A stretch of DNA of 64,000 nucleotides from an uncultured Acidobacteriota bacterium. GTDB taxonomy: Bacteria > Acidobacteriota > Thermoanaerobaculia > UBA5066 > Gp7-AA6. Location of the stretch: contig CAVXTP010000011.1 of assembly GCA_963764715.1 (NCBI GenBank), positions 1 through 64,000 on the forward strand, given 5' to 3'. The position numbers were made by a program, and so were the translations under genes. The notes under the pieces are model-generated. The model had not been told where the DNA came from, searched no databases, and worked only from the letters and a program-made list of their open reading frames with translations. Below are positions 1-9,070 of the stretch, in pieces (the stretch's first letter is position 1; the number at the start of each line of letters is the position of its first letter).

Positions 1-58
1 CTTCGTGGCGACGGTCGCGGCGCTCGTCTGGGCGCTCGTCCGGCCGCAGCTGACATGA
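1..58 (+). CDS. 3' end of upstream membrane protein (partial), possibly another HyfB-like subunit
   Basis: Frame 2 reads FVATVAALVWALVRPQLT-stop; its TGA (56-58) overlaps the ATG at 55 (ATGA coupling). Confidence 0.5.
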   Translation, partial: FVATVAALVWALVRPQLT

Positions 59-2028
59 ACGCTCTCACCCTCCTCGCCGGGGCTTTCGCCGTGATCGCGT
101 TCAGCGGATTCGCCGGGCTGCTCTTTCGAAAGGGGTCGCTTCGCGGGCAGCGCGTCTCGACCATCCTTCACGTCTCGGGCTGCGCGGCGGGTGCCGCGGG
201 AGCGGCCCTCGTCCTCTTCGGACAGAATTCGGTCGCCGCGGAGTACGCCTGGTGGTTGCCGGGCGGGACGATCCGCTTCGCGGTCGACGGGCTCAGCGCG
301 TTCTTTCTCATGCCGGTGTTTCTGGTGTCGGCCCTCGGATCGATCTATGGCGAAGGCTACTGGCCGGCGGCCGAGCATCCCGACAACGCGCGCAAGCTCC
401 GCTGCTTCTACGGCATCGCGACCGCCGGGCTGCTCCTCGTGATGGTCGCCGGGGACGCCTGGTCTTTCCTCGTCGGCTGGGAGCTTGTCGGCCTCGCGGC
501 CTTCTTTCTCGTCACGACCGAGCAGGACGACGCCGAGGCGCTTCGCGCGGGATGGATCTACATCATCGCGGCGCACGTCGCGACCCTCCTGCTGTTCGCG
601 ATGTTCGGGCTTCTTCGCGAGGCGACGGGAACCTGGCTCCTCGTGCCGTCTTCCGCGCTCGGCGCTTCGCCGCTTTCGACGCCAATTCTGGTTCTCGCCC
701 TCCTCGGGTTCGGCATCAAAGCCGGCGTCATGCCCTTCCACGTCTGGCTCCCCGGGGCTCACGCGGCGGCGCCCAGCCACGTCTCGGCGCTTCTGTCGGG
801 CGTGGTCCTGAAGATGGGGATTTACGGACTCGTTCGGACCCTCTCGCTGCTGCCGGCCTTTCCGGAATGGCTGGGCCTCGCGTTGGTGGCGCTCGGCGTG
901 GTCTCCGGGGTGCTCGGCGTCGTCCTGGCGCTCGCCCAGCACGACCTGAAGCGACTGCTCGCGTACCACAGCGTCGAGAACATCGGAATCATCCTGATCG
1001 GCCTCGGCGTCGGGGTGCTCGGGGTCGTCCGGAACCGACCCGTCTGGGCCGCGCTCGGGTTCGCCGGCGGCCTTCTCCACGTGTGGAATCACGCGGCCTT
1101 CAAATCACTCCTCTTCTACTCGGCGGGAGCGGTCATCCGGTCGACCGGCACGCGCGATCTGGATTCACTCGGCGGCCTTCTCCGCCGCATGCGGTTCACC
1201 GGCGCCACGTTTCTGGTCGGGGCCGTCGCGATCTGCGGGCTGCCCCCCCTGAACGGCTTCGTCAGCGAGTGGCTCATCTATCTCGGGAGCTTCCGCTCCC
1301 TCACGGCGGCGCGCGACGGGGCGACCTTCGCGGCTTCGCTGGGCGCGCCCGCCCTCGCCTTCATCGGAGCGCTCGCCGTGGCCTGTTTCGTGAAGGCGTT
1401 CGCGGTCGTGTTTCTCGGCAACCCGCGCCGTCCCCTCCGCGAGGGTCTCCCCGAGGATGCGAGCGCTTCGATGAAGTGGTCGATGGGGATTCTCGCGGCC
1501 GCCTGCATTGCCATCGGTCTCCTGCCCCGCGCCTCCGGAAACGTGAGCCACCTCGCGGGTCGCGCCCTCCTCGGCGGCGCCGAGGCGCCGCTCGAGATCG
1601 GTCTGTCCGGGCTCGGCGGAGCCGCTCTCCTGCTCGCCGCGGCTCTCGGCTCGGCCGGACTCGCGGCCGTCCTTCTCTCGCGCCGGGGCACGCCCACGTT
1701 CACGTGGGACTGCGGATACGCGATGCCGACCGCCCGCATGCAGTACGGCGCGTCGTCGTTCGCCCAGATGCTCGGACGGCTGTTCCGCCGGGTCCTCCTG
1801 GCCGACGTTCACCGGCCCTCCCTCGGGCGGCTGTTTCCGGGCAACGACGCTCGTTTCGAGAGCCACGTGCCGGATCCCGTGCTCGACCGGCTGATTCTGC
1901 CGGCGATGGACCGCGGACGCCGCGGCTTCGGGCTGGCTCGCGCGATTCAGACGGGACACATCCAGATGTATCTGGTCTACATCGTCGTCACGCTCGTGGC
2001 CCTTCTCGCATGGAGCTCGGCATGGTGA
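55..2028 (+). CDS. hyfB: HyfB-like proton-conducting membrane subunit (NuoL/MrpA-D family) of Ehr/hydrogenase-4-like complex
   Basis: 657 aa hydrophobic; motifs FLVGWELVG, PFHVWLPGAHAAAPSHVSALLSG, LKRLLAYHSVENIG, PPLNGFVSEW. Confidence 0.9.
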   Translation: MNALTLLAGAFAVIAFSGFAGLLFRKGSLRGQRVSTILHVSGCAAGAAGAALVLFGQNSVAAEYAWWLPGGTIRFAVDGLSAFFLMPVFLVSALGSIYGEGYWPAAEHPDNARKLRCFYGIATAGLLLVMVAGDAWSFLVGWELVGLAAFFLVTTEQDDAEALRAGWIYIIAAHVATLLLFAMFGLLREATGTWLLVPSSALGASPLSTPILVLALLGFGIKAGVMPFHVWLPGAHAAAPSHVSALLSGVVLKMGIYGLVRTLSLLPAFPEWLGLALVALGVVSGVLGVVLALAQHDLKRLLAYHSVENIGIILIGLGVGVLGVVRNRPVWAALGFAGGLLHVWNHAAFKSLLFYSAGAVIRSTGTRDLDSLGGLLRRMRFTGATFLVGAVAICGLPPLNGFVSEWLIYLGSFRSLTAARDGATFAASLGAPALAFIGALAVACFVKAFAVVFLGNPRRPLREGLPEDASASMKWSMGILAAACIAIGLLPRASGNVSHLAGRALLGGAEAPLEIGLSGLGGAALLLAAALGSAGLAAVLLSRRGTPTFTWDCGYAMPTARMQYGASSFAQMLGRLFRRVLLADVHRPSLGRLFPGNDARFESHVPDPVLDRLILPAMDRGRRGFGLARAIQTGHIQMYLVYIVVTLVALLAWSSAW

Positions 2029-2930
2029 CCTCGCTTCTGGCCTGCGTGCTTCTCTGGGTCGCGGCGCCGCTCTTTCTCGGAGTGATTCAGCGGACGAAGG
2101 CCGTCATGGCCGGGCGCACCGGGCCGCCGCTCTTCCAGACCTACTCCGACCTGGCGAAGCTGTTTCGCAAAGGGTTCGTCGCCAGCCGCACGACCACCTG
2201 GGTCTTCCTGGCGGGGCCGGTGCTCGGCATCGTGGCGCCCGTCTTCGCCACGCTGCTGATCCCCATCGCCGGGCAGCGGGCGGTGCTCGCATTCTCGGGC
2301 GACATGCTGCTCTTCGTCTACGTGTTCGCGCTCGCGCGCTTTTTCGTCGCGGCGGCCGCGATGGACACGGGCTCGGCGTTCGAGGGAATGGGGGCCGCTC
2401 GCGAGGTGACCTTTGCGGCGCTGGCCGAGCCGGCGCTCATCTTCGGGATGCTCGCTCTCACGCGACTGTCCGGCTCCCTGTCGCTGTCCGACATGCTGGA
2501 CCTCGAGGCGTCCGCGGCGTGGCACCGGGCCAGCCCCTCGGTCGTCCTCATCATCGTGAGCTGGTTCATCGTTCTTCTGGCGGAGAACGCGCGCGTGCCT
2601 TTCGACGACCCCAGCACGCACCTCGAGCTGACCATGATTCACGAGGTCATGGTCCTCGATCACGGGGGGCCCGCCTTCGGGCTCGTGGTCTACGGTGCCG
2701 CCCTGAAGCTCACGGTGTTCGCCGTCCTGCTGTCGAGCATCCTCGTGCCCGCCGCGGCCCTGGCGGCGCCCGCGCAGGCGGCCCTGTCTCTCGCGGCGAT
2801 CCTCGCGATCGGGGTCGTCGTGGGGCTCGTCGAGTCCAGCATGGCGCGCCTGCGCTTCGTTCGCGTGCCCCAGCTCCTCGTCACGGCGACGCTGCTCGCC
2901 GGGTTCGCCGTCGTTCTCCTGTTGAGGTGA
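2022..2930 (+). CDS. hyfC: HyfC/HycD-like membrane subunit (NuoH family)
   Basis: C-terminal part of ORF 252..2930 from ATG 2022; GRTGPPLFQTYSDLAKL, GSAFEGMGAARE, AENARVPFDDPSTHLELTMIHE. Confidence 0.9.
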   Translation: MVTSLLACVLLWVAAPLFLGVIQRTKAVMAGRTGPPLFQTYSDLAKLFRKGFVASRTTTWVFLAGPVLGIVAPVFATLLIPIAGQRAVLAFSGDMLLFVYVFALARFFVAAAAMDTGSAFEGMGAAREVTFAALAEPALIFGMLALTRLSGSLSLSDMLDLEASAAWHRASPSVVLIIVSWFIVLLAENARVPFDDPSTHLELTMIHEVMVLDHGGPAFGLVVYGAALKLTVFAVLLSSILVPAAALAAPAQAALSLAAILAIGVVVGLVESSMARLRFVRVPQLLVTATLLAGFAVVLLLR

Positions 2931-2935
2931 CGCCC

Positions 2936-3574
2936 ATGCCCCAGGCCGCCGCATCGCTCCTCATTCTGGCCGTCGTCATGAATTTTCTGGCGATCGGGAC
3001 CTCGAGCCTTCGATCGTGCATCCGCGCGGCCGCCCTCCAGGGGCTCCTCGTCAGCGTGTTCGCCCTGCTCTTCACCGGCGTCACGGCGCGCCTGGCGCTG
3101 CTCGTCCTCGTCGCGGCGATCATCAAGGCCGTCGTCATTCCCGCGATGCTCTTCCGGGCGCTGAGAGAAGTGCACATCCGGCACGAAGTCGAGCCCTACC
3201 TCGGGCTCGTCCCGTCCGTGCTCCTGTGCGCGGTCGGGACGGGGCTGACCGTTCTGTTCGCCGACAACCTCCCGCTCGCCCCCGAACATCACGACCTGCT
3301 GGTCGTGCCGGCGGCGCTGAGCACCATGTTCGCCGGGTTCCTTCTCCTCACGACGCGGCGAAAGGCCCTCTCACAGGTCACGGGCTATCTCATCCTGGAG
3401 AACGGCATCTTCGTGTTCGCTCAGCTCCTTCACGAGTCGATGCCGCTCCTGGTCGAGGTCGGCGTGCTACTCGACCTGATCGTCGGCATATTCGTGATGG
3501 GAATCGTCATCAACCACATTCAGCGCGAGTTCTCGTCCCTGGACACCGAGCGGCTCGCGGAATTGAGGGACTGA
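2936..3574 (+). CDS. hyfE: HyfE-like membrane subunit
   Basis: ATG 2936; IIKAVVIPAML, QVTGYLILENGIF, LLVEVGVLLDL typical of HyfE. Confidence 0.85.
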   Translation: MPQAAASLLILAVVMNFLAIGTSSLRSCIRAAALQGLLVSVFALLFTGVTARLALLVLVAAIIKAVVIPAMLFRALREVHIRHEVEPYLGLVPSVLLCAVGTGLTVLFADNLPLAPEHHDLLVVPAALSTMFAGFLLLTTRRKALSQVTGYLILENGIFVFAQLLHESMPLLVEVGVLLDLIVGIFVMGIVINHIQREFSSLDTERLAELRD

Positions 3575-3578
3575 ACCG

Positions 3579-5006
3579 ATGCTCGGACTCGTCCTGCTTC
3601 CCATCGGCGCGGCCCTCCTCGCGTTCCTGACGCCGTCGGAGCGGGTTCGCCCCTGGATCGTCGCCGCGACCGGATTCGCGCATCTGGCCGGCGCGCTGAG
3701 GCTGACGAACGGCGAGACCGCCTTCGACGGGTGGTTTGGAGTCGATCCCCTCGGACACCTGATTCTGCTGGTCGTGTCCTCCCTCTTCACGCTGTGCGCC
3801 GTCTACGGGATCGGCTACCTGCGGGTTCGCGCCGAGCGGCCGAATCGCGTGTTCTGCGCCTGCCTCCTGACGTTTCTCGCGATGACGACGACGATCACGC
3901 TCTCCCAGCACCTGGCGGTCATGTGGGTCGCCGTCGAAGGCGCGACTCTTTCGACCGCCGTTCTCATCTATTTCAATCACAACGCGAGATCGCTCGAGGC
4001 GGCCTGGAAGTACCTGATGATCGGCTCGGTCGGAATCGCGATCGCCCTCCTGGGCTCTCTCTTCGTCGGCTACGCAGCCCTTCACGGGGCGCAGGGCGAT
4101 CACAGCCTGATCTTCCGATCCCTGGCGGAGCACGCGAACGAGCTCTCCCGGCCGTGGCTGCGCGCCGGGTTCGTGCTCCTGCTCGTCGGCTACGGGACGA
4201 AGATGGGCCTCGCGCCGCTCCATACCTGGAAACCCGACGCCTACGGCGAGGCGCCGGGGATCATCGGCGCCCTGCTGGCGGGCGGAATGACGAGCTGCGC
4301 GTTTCTCGCCCTCCTCCGGATCTACGGCGTCATGCAGCCCGCCGGCGAGGGGCGGTTTGCCCGGGAACTGTTCGTCACGCTGGGCCTTCTGTCCATGGGG
4401 GTCGCGGCGGTGTTCATGGCGGGCCAGCGCGACTTCAAGCGAATGCTCGCGTATTCGAGCGTGGAGCACATGGGAATCCTGGTCCTGGGCATCGGCCTCG
4501 GCGGACTGGGAGTCCTCGGGGCCCTTCTGCACCTGATCAACAACGCCCTCACCAAGGTCGTCCTCTTCCTCTCGGCGGGCAACATCCACCGCGCCTACGG
4601 AAGCAAGAGGACCGAGGACGTGCGCGGCGCGCTGCGCCTTCAGCCGGTTTCGGCCGGGCTTTTTCTGGCGGGCTTCTTCGCGGTCACGGGATCCCCGCCG
4701 TTTGGCCCATTCATCAGCGAATTCACGATCCTGAACGGCGCCGTGATCGGAGGCCACTACGTCGCCGCCGGGCTCTTCCTCCTGTTTCTCGCGATCATCT
4801 TCATCGGCATGGGCGCGACGGTTCTGACCGTCGTGCAGGGACCGGTGTCGCCCGCCGGGCTGGCCAGGCGCCATCGCGAGGGTCCGTGGAAGACGGTCTC
4901 GCCGATCGTGGCGCTCGCGCTCGTCGTCATGATGGGAGTCTGGATTCCGGGGCCGCTCTATCGCTTCGTCGAGCGCGCCGCCGCCGTCCTGGAGCAAGCG
5001 CCGTGA
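3579..5006 (+). CDS. hyfF: HyfF-like proton-conducting membrane subunit
   Basis: WVAVEGATL, SLEAAWKYL, GYGTKMGLAPLHTWKPDAYGEAP, KRMLAYSSVEHMG. Confidence 0.9.
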   Translation: MLGLVLLPIGAALLAFLTPSERVRPWIVAATGFAHLAGALRLTNGETAFDGWFGVDPLGHLILLVVSSLFTLCAVYGIGYLRVRAERPNRVFCACLLTFLAMTTTITLSQHLAVMWVAVEGATLSTAVLIYFNHNARSLEAAWKYLMIGSVGIAIALLGSLFVGYAALHGAQGDHSLIFRSLAEHANELSRPWLRAGFVLLLVGYGTKMGLAPLHTWKPDAYGEAPGIIGALLAGGMTSCAFLALLRIYGVMQPAGEGRFARELFVTLGLLSMGVAAVFMAGQRDFKRMLAYSSVEHMGILVLGIGLGGLGVLGALLHLINNALTKVVLFLSAGNIHRAYGSKRTEDVRGALRLQPVSAGLFLAGFFAVTGSPPFGPFISEFTILNGAVIGGHYVAAGLFLLFLAIIFIGMGATVLTVVQGPVSPAGLARRHREGPWKTVSPIVALALVVMMGVWIPGPLYRFVERAAAVLEQAP

Positions 5007-6532
5007 CGGTCGCCCTGCGCAATCCCTGCGTGCTGCCGCTGAAGGACGCGCCGATGGCGGAGCCGTCGGAGTTTCGCGAACGGATCATTCGCGCCGTCAC
5101 CTCGGAGGGTCAGCGGCTGGCTTCGTACTTCGCGCTCGGCGCGGCGCCCGACGCGGAATCCGACGCCACGCAGCTCATCGCCGTCCTGGCGGACGACGAG
5201 AACGGCCGGATCCGTCTCGTGCGCACCGTGATTCGAGGCGACCGCTTCGAATCGGTCACGGGCGCCGTCCCGCAGGCGCACCTCTTCGAGCGGGAGATCG
5301 CCGAGCAGTCCGGCCTGCGGCCCGACGGACATCCCTGGTTGAAGCCCGTCCGGTTTCATCGCTCGGACCGCGCCGGTCGCGATGCGTGGGGCCGGGACGC
5401 GGGGGAGCCCATCCCGCCCGGCGTGGTCGACTTCTTCACCGTGGCGGGGACCGAGATCCACGAGGTCGCCGTCGGTCCCGTCCACGCGGGCGTCATCGAG
5501 CCCGGCCACTTTCGTTTCCAGTGTCACGGCGAGCACGTCTTTCATCTCGAAATCGCCCTCGGCTATCAGCATCGCGGAATCGAGGCCGCGCTCGTCGGGG
5601 GGCCGACGAAACGGACGATCCACTACATGGAGACGGCCGCGGGCGACACGACGGTCGGCCACACGCTAGCCTACGCCCACCTGGTCGAGGCGCTCTCGAG
5701 GTCCCGCGTCGGCGCACGCGCGCAGGCCCTTCGGGGAATCGCGCTCGAGCTCGAACGGCTCGCCAACCATGCCGGCGATCTCGGCGCCCTCGCGGGCGAC
5801 GTGGCGTACCTGCCCACGGCGTCCTTCTGCGGGCGTCTCCGGGGCGACTTCCTCAACATGACGGCGGAGCTCTGCGGCTCCCGATTCGGCCGGGGGTTCG
5901 TCCGCCCGGGCGGTGTGGGATTCGACCTCGGGGAGCGCCAGGTCGGCGACCTGCGGGAGAGGCTCGTTCGAGCACGCAAGGAGCTCACGGAAGCGGTCGA
6001 GCTGCTCTGGGACACGCCGACGGTGGTCGAGAGGTTCGAGAATACCGGGACGATCCCGCGCGACATGGCGGAGCAGATCGGATTGGTCGGGCCGGCGGCC
6101 CGGGCGTGCGGGATTCTCCGGGACGTGCGGCACGACTTTCCCGCCGGCATCTACCGATTCGTCCACCTTCCCGCGATGACGGCGCACCACGGCGACGTCA
6201 ACTCGCGGGCGTTCGTCCGCTGGCTCGAGATCCAGCAGTCGATTCGCTTCGTCCTCGATCAGCTGGAGGCCCTGCCCCCCGGGCCGGCCGCCGCCGGCGC
6301 GGCCGCGCTGGCCCCCGACTCCCTCGCCGTATCGCTCGTCGAGGGCTGGCGCGGCGAGATCTGTCACGTGGCGGTCACGGACGCGGCCGGGCGGTTCCGT
6401 CGCTACAAGATGACCGACCCCTCGTTTCACAACTGGTTCGGCCTTGCGCTGGCCATGCGCGACGGGCAGATCTCGGACTTTCCGCTCTGCAACAAGAGCT
6501 TCAACCTGTCGTACTGCGGCCACGACCTGTGA
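5003..6532 (+). CDS. HyfG/HycE-like large subunit (NuoC+NuoD-like fusion) lacking NiFe-binding CxxC motifs; Ehr-type
   Basis: GTG 5003 overlaps hyfF stop; FEREIAEQSG, VGPVHAGVIEPGHFRF, LGYQHRG, VEGWRGE; L1 position reads ETAAGDTTVGH and the C-terminus is NKSFNLSYCGHDL. Confidence 0.88.
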   Translation: MTVALRNPCVLPLKDAPMAEPSEFRERIIRAVTSEGQRLASYFALGAAPDAESDATQLIAVLADDENGRIRLVRTVIRGDRFESVTGAVPQAHLFEREIAEQSGLRPDGHPWLKPVRFHRSDRAGRDAWGRDAGEPIPPGVVDFFTVAGTEIHEVAVGPVHAGVIEPGHFRFQCHGEHVFHLEIALGYQHRGIEAALVGGPTKRTIHYMETAAGDTTVGHTLAYAHLVEALSRSRVGARAQALRGIALELERLANHAGDLGALAGDVAYLPTASFCGRLRGDFLNMTAELCGSRFGRGFVRPGGVGFDLGERQVGDLRERLVRARKELTEAVELLWDTPTVVERFENTGTIPRDMAEQIGLVGPAARACGILRDVRHDFPAGIYRFVHLPAMTAHHGDVNSRAFVRWLEIQQSIRFVLDQLEALPPGPAAAGAAALAPDSLAVSLVEGWRGEICHVAVTDAAGRFRRYKMTDPSFHNWFGLALAMRDGQISDFPLCNKSFNLSYCGHDL

Positions 6533-6542
6533 GGGAGTTCAC

Positions 6543-7349
6543 GTGCTGAAAGCCGTTCTCGCCCGGATGCGCCAGGGCAAGCGCACGCTGCCCTTTCCCT
6601 CGGGCTTTCTCCCGTCCCTGCCGGGCCGCTTCCGCGGGGCGCCCCGGGTCGACGCGTCGAAGTGCGTCGACGGATGCCGGAGCTGCATCGATGCCTGCCC
6701 GACGGACGCGATCTCCTTCCAAGGGGACCTTCGGGTCGATCTCGGGCGCTGCCTGTTCTGCACGGACTGCGTGAATGCCTGCCCGGAAGGGGCGATGACG
6801 TACTCGCAGGACTATCGGCTCGCCGTCCGGCGCCGCGAGGACCTCGTCGCGGGCCCGGATGCGCTGCCCCTGGCCGTCGCGCTCGACGAGAAGGTGCGGC
6901 GTCTCTTCGGGCGATCCTTGAAGCTGCGTGTCGTCAGTGCGGGCGACTGCAATGCCTGCAGCTCCGACGTGAACGTCCTCGGCACGATCGGCTGGGACCT
7001 CGGCCGCTTCGGCATCCAGTACGTCGCCTCGCCGCGTCATGCCGACGGCCTGCTCATCACGGGCCCCGTCACCGAGAACATGCGCCTGGCGCTCGAGAAG
7101 ACCTATGAAGCCGTGCCGCCGCCCAAGATCGTCATCGCGGTCGGCGCCTGCGCGATCAGCGGCGGGCCCTACGCCGGCCTTCCGACCCAGCGAAACGGTG
7201 CCGCCTCCACGGTTCCGGTCGATCTCTTCATCCCGGGTTGCCCCCCCCACCCGCTGACGATCCTCGACGGGCTGCTCCGTCTCCTCGGCCGACTCGAGGA
7301 TCGAGGCGGCGCCCGGCACGAAGCGTTCGCCTCCGCGGCTGACCGATAA
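6543..7349 (+). CDS. Fused 2x[4Fe-4S] ferredoxin (HyfH/NuoI-like) + NuoB/HyfI-like small subunit
   Basis: GTG 6543 after GGGAG; CVDGCRSCIDACP, CLFCTDCVNACP, then GDCNAC, ASPRHADGLLITG, VGACAISGG, IPGCPPHP. Confidence 0.88.
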   Translation: MLKAVLARMRQGKRTLPFPSGFLPSLPGRFRGAPRVDASKCVDGCRSCIDACPTDAISFQGDLRVDLGRCLFCTDCVNACPEGAMTYSQDYRLAVRRREDLVAGPDALPLAVALDEKVRRLFGRSLKLRVVSAGDCNACSSDVNVLGTIGWDLGRFGIQYVASPRHADGLLITGPVTENMRLALEKTYEAVPPPKIVIAVGACAISGGPYAGLPTQRNGAASTVPVDLFIPGCPPHPLTILDGLLRLLGRLEDRGGARHEAFASAADR

Positions 7350-7358
7350 GCGCGAGTG

Positions 7359-7383
7359 TTGTCGGGGCGGTCCGGATCGGACC
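7359..7383 (-). repeat. Degenerate tRNA-Pro 3'-end-like / GTCG-REP-like sequence
   Basis: ttgtcggggcggtccggatcggacc matches tggtcggggcggccgggatcgaacc (14087-14111) at 21 of 25 positions. Confidence 0.45.
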
Positions 7384-7438
7384 ATGAGAAGTCCGGCGCG
7401 GACCGGGGCTGCTACTGTAGCCCGTCACAGGAGACACC

Positions 7439-8761
7439 ATGACGCTCGATGAACACCGAGGGCATGACGACTACAGCCCGGAGAACATCCAACCCGAGGC
7501 GATTCGTTTCGTCAGCGAGCTCACGCACGCCACCGTCGCTCTGGTGCTCGCCGGAGGCCGTGGCAAACGGCTGAAACAACTCACCGACTGGCGCTGCAAG
7601 CCGGCCGTGCCATTCGGGGGCAAGTTCCGCATCATCGATTTCACGCTTTCCAATTGCGTGAATTCCGGCATTCGCCGCATCGGGGTGGCCACGCAGTACA
7701 GGGCGAACAGCCTGATTCGCCACATCCAGCGCGGCTGGAGCTTTCTCGACGGCCGCTTCGAGGAGTTCATCGAACTGCTGCCGGCGCAGCAGCAGGTCAC
7801 GGAAGCGTGGTACAGCGGCACGGCCGACGCCGTTTTCCAGAACCTGTCGGTGCTGCGCCGGCATTCGGCGAAGTACGTCCTGGTGCTCGCCGGCGACCAC
7901 ATCTACAAGATGGACTATGGCCGAATGCTCGCGTTTCACGTCGCGCGCCATGCGGACATGACCGTGGGGTGCGTGGAGGTGCCGCTCGCGGAGGCCAGCG
8001 CTCTTGGCGTGATGAGCATCGATGGGAATGGACGCGTGGTGAGCTTCGAGGAAAAACCGGCGCAGGCGCAACCGATTCCCGGCCGGCCGGACCGGGCGCT
8101 GGCCAGCATGGGGATCTACGTGTTCAACGCCGGATTCCTGACCGAACAGCTGAGCCGCGATGCCGATGACCCTCGCTCATCGCACGATTTCGGCAAGGAC
8201 GTCATTCCGCACCTGATATCGCACGCTCGCGTGTTCGCGCACAGCCTTGCCGACAGTTGCGTCGGCATGACCACGGGCGCCGCGCCGTACTGGCGCGACG
8301 TGGGCACGATCGATGCCTACTGGGAAGCCAACATGGAGCTCACCCGGGTGGTTCCGGAGCTCAATCTGTACGACAGCACCTGGCCGATCTGGACCTATCA
8401 GGAACAGATGCCGCCCGCGAAATTCGTGTTCGACGACGACGACCGGCGCGGCATGGCGCTCGACTCGATGTTGTCGGGCGGCTGCGTCATCAGCGGCGCC
8501 ACGGTGCGGCGCTCGCTTCTGTTTACCGACGTGCGGATCGAGTCCCGCAGCCTGGTCGAGGACTCGGTGGTGTTGCCCAACGTCCGGATCGGAAACAACG
8601 TGGTGCTCAAGCGCGTCGTGATCGACCGGGGCTGCGAGATCAAGGACGGCATGGAGGTCGGGGTCGATGCAGCGCAGGACCGCGGCCGCTTCCACGTGAC
8701 CGAAAGCGGCGTGACGCTGGTTACCCCCGAAATGCTCGGGCAGGACATCTACACCGTGTGA
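7439..8761 (+). CDS. glgC: Glucose-1-phosphate adenylyltransferase
   Basis: [69 protein letters not shown]; RBS AGGAG. Confidence 0.97.
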   Translation: MTLDEHRGHDDYSPENIQPEAIRFVSELTHATVALVLAGGRGKRLKQLTDWRCKPAVPFGGKFRIIDFTLSNCVNSGIRRIGVATQYRANSLIRHIQRGWSFLDGRFEEFIELLPAQQQVTEAWYSGTADAVFQNLSVLRRHSAKYVLVLAGDHIYKMDYGRMLAFHVARHADMTVGCVEVPLAEASALGVMSIDGNGRVVSFEEKPAQAQPIPGRPDRALASMGIYVFNAGFLTEQLSRDADDPRSSHDFGKDVIPHLISHARVFAHSLADSCVGMTTGAAPYWRDVGTIDAYWEANMELTRVVPELNLYDSTWPIWTYQEQMPPAKFVFDDDDRRGMALDSMLSGGCVISGATVRRSLLFTDVRIESRSLVEDSVVLPNVRIGNNVVLKRVVIDRGCEIKDGMEVGVDAAQDRGRFHVTESGVTLVTPEMLGQDIYTV

Positions 8762-8780
8762 TGAAGGGCGATGCGCGTAT

Positions 8781-8997
8781 TGGTCGGGGCGGCCGGGATG
8801 TACGCCGGCCGGTGGCCGGCGTAGCCTAATGCCGGGGGCTTGCCTTCGGTGGTCGGCTGAAACCGGCCGCGCCTCGCTGCGCTCGGCACGTCCGCGGCGG
8901 CTGTTCTCAGGCGGGGGGCTATGCCCCCCGTGCCCCCCATGGTCGCCGGTTCGATCCGGCTGAGTTGGTGTTCGAAGGTGCGTGGCGAGTGAAGGTG
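8781..8997 (-). repeat. tRNA-Pro trailer element, copy A (contains ~60 bp palindromic insertion)
   Basis: Homologous to 13930-14086: tRNA 3'-end copy 8781-8799, shared GC-rich core 8861-8938, antisense T-arm 19-mer 8939-8957, 40-bp spacer 8958-8997. Confidence 0.85.
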
Positions 8998-9041
8998 TGG
9001 TCGGGGCGGCCGGGATCGAACCGGCGACCATCTCCTCCCAA
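8998..9041 (-). repeat. Duplicated 3' half of tRNA-Pro (att-like direct repeat)
   Basis: 43/44 identical to 14087-14130; homology stops in the anticodon loop. Confidence 0.9.
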
Positions 9042-9070
9042 GGCTGGTTCTTCCGATCGGCCAGCCGGCG

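Noticed and set aside
5003-6532. [NiFe] hydrogenase-4 catalytic subunit
   Set aside because: Both Ni-binding CxxC motifs are absent.
8781-9041. Additional functional tRNA genes or a CRISPR array
   Set aside because: The copies lack the 5' half and D-arm; repeats are few, unevenly spaced and tRNA-derived, and there are no cas genes.
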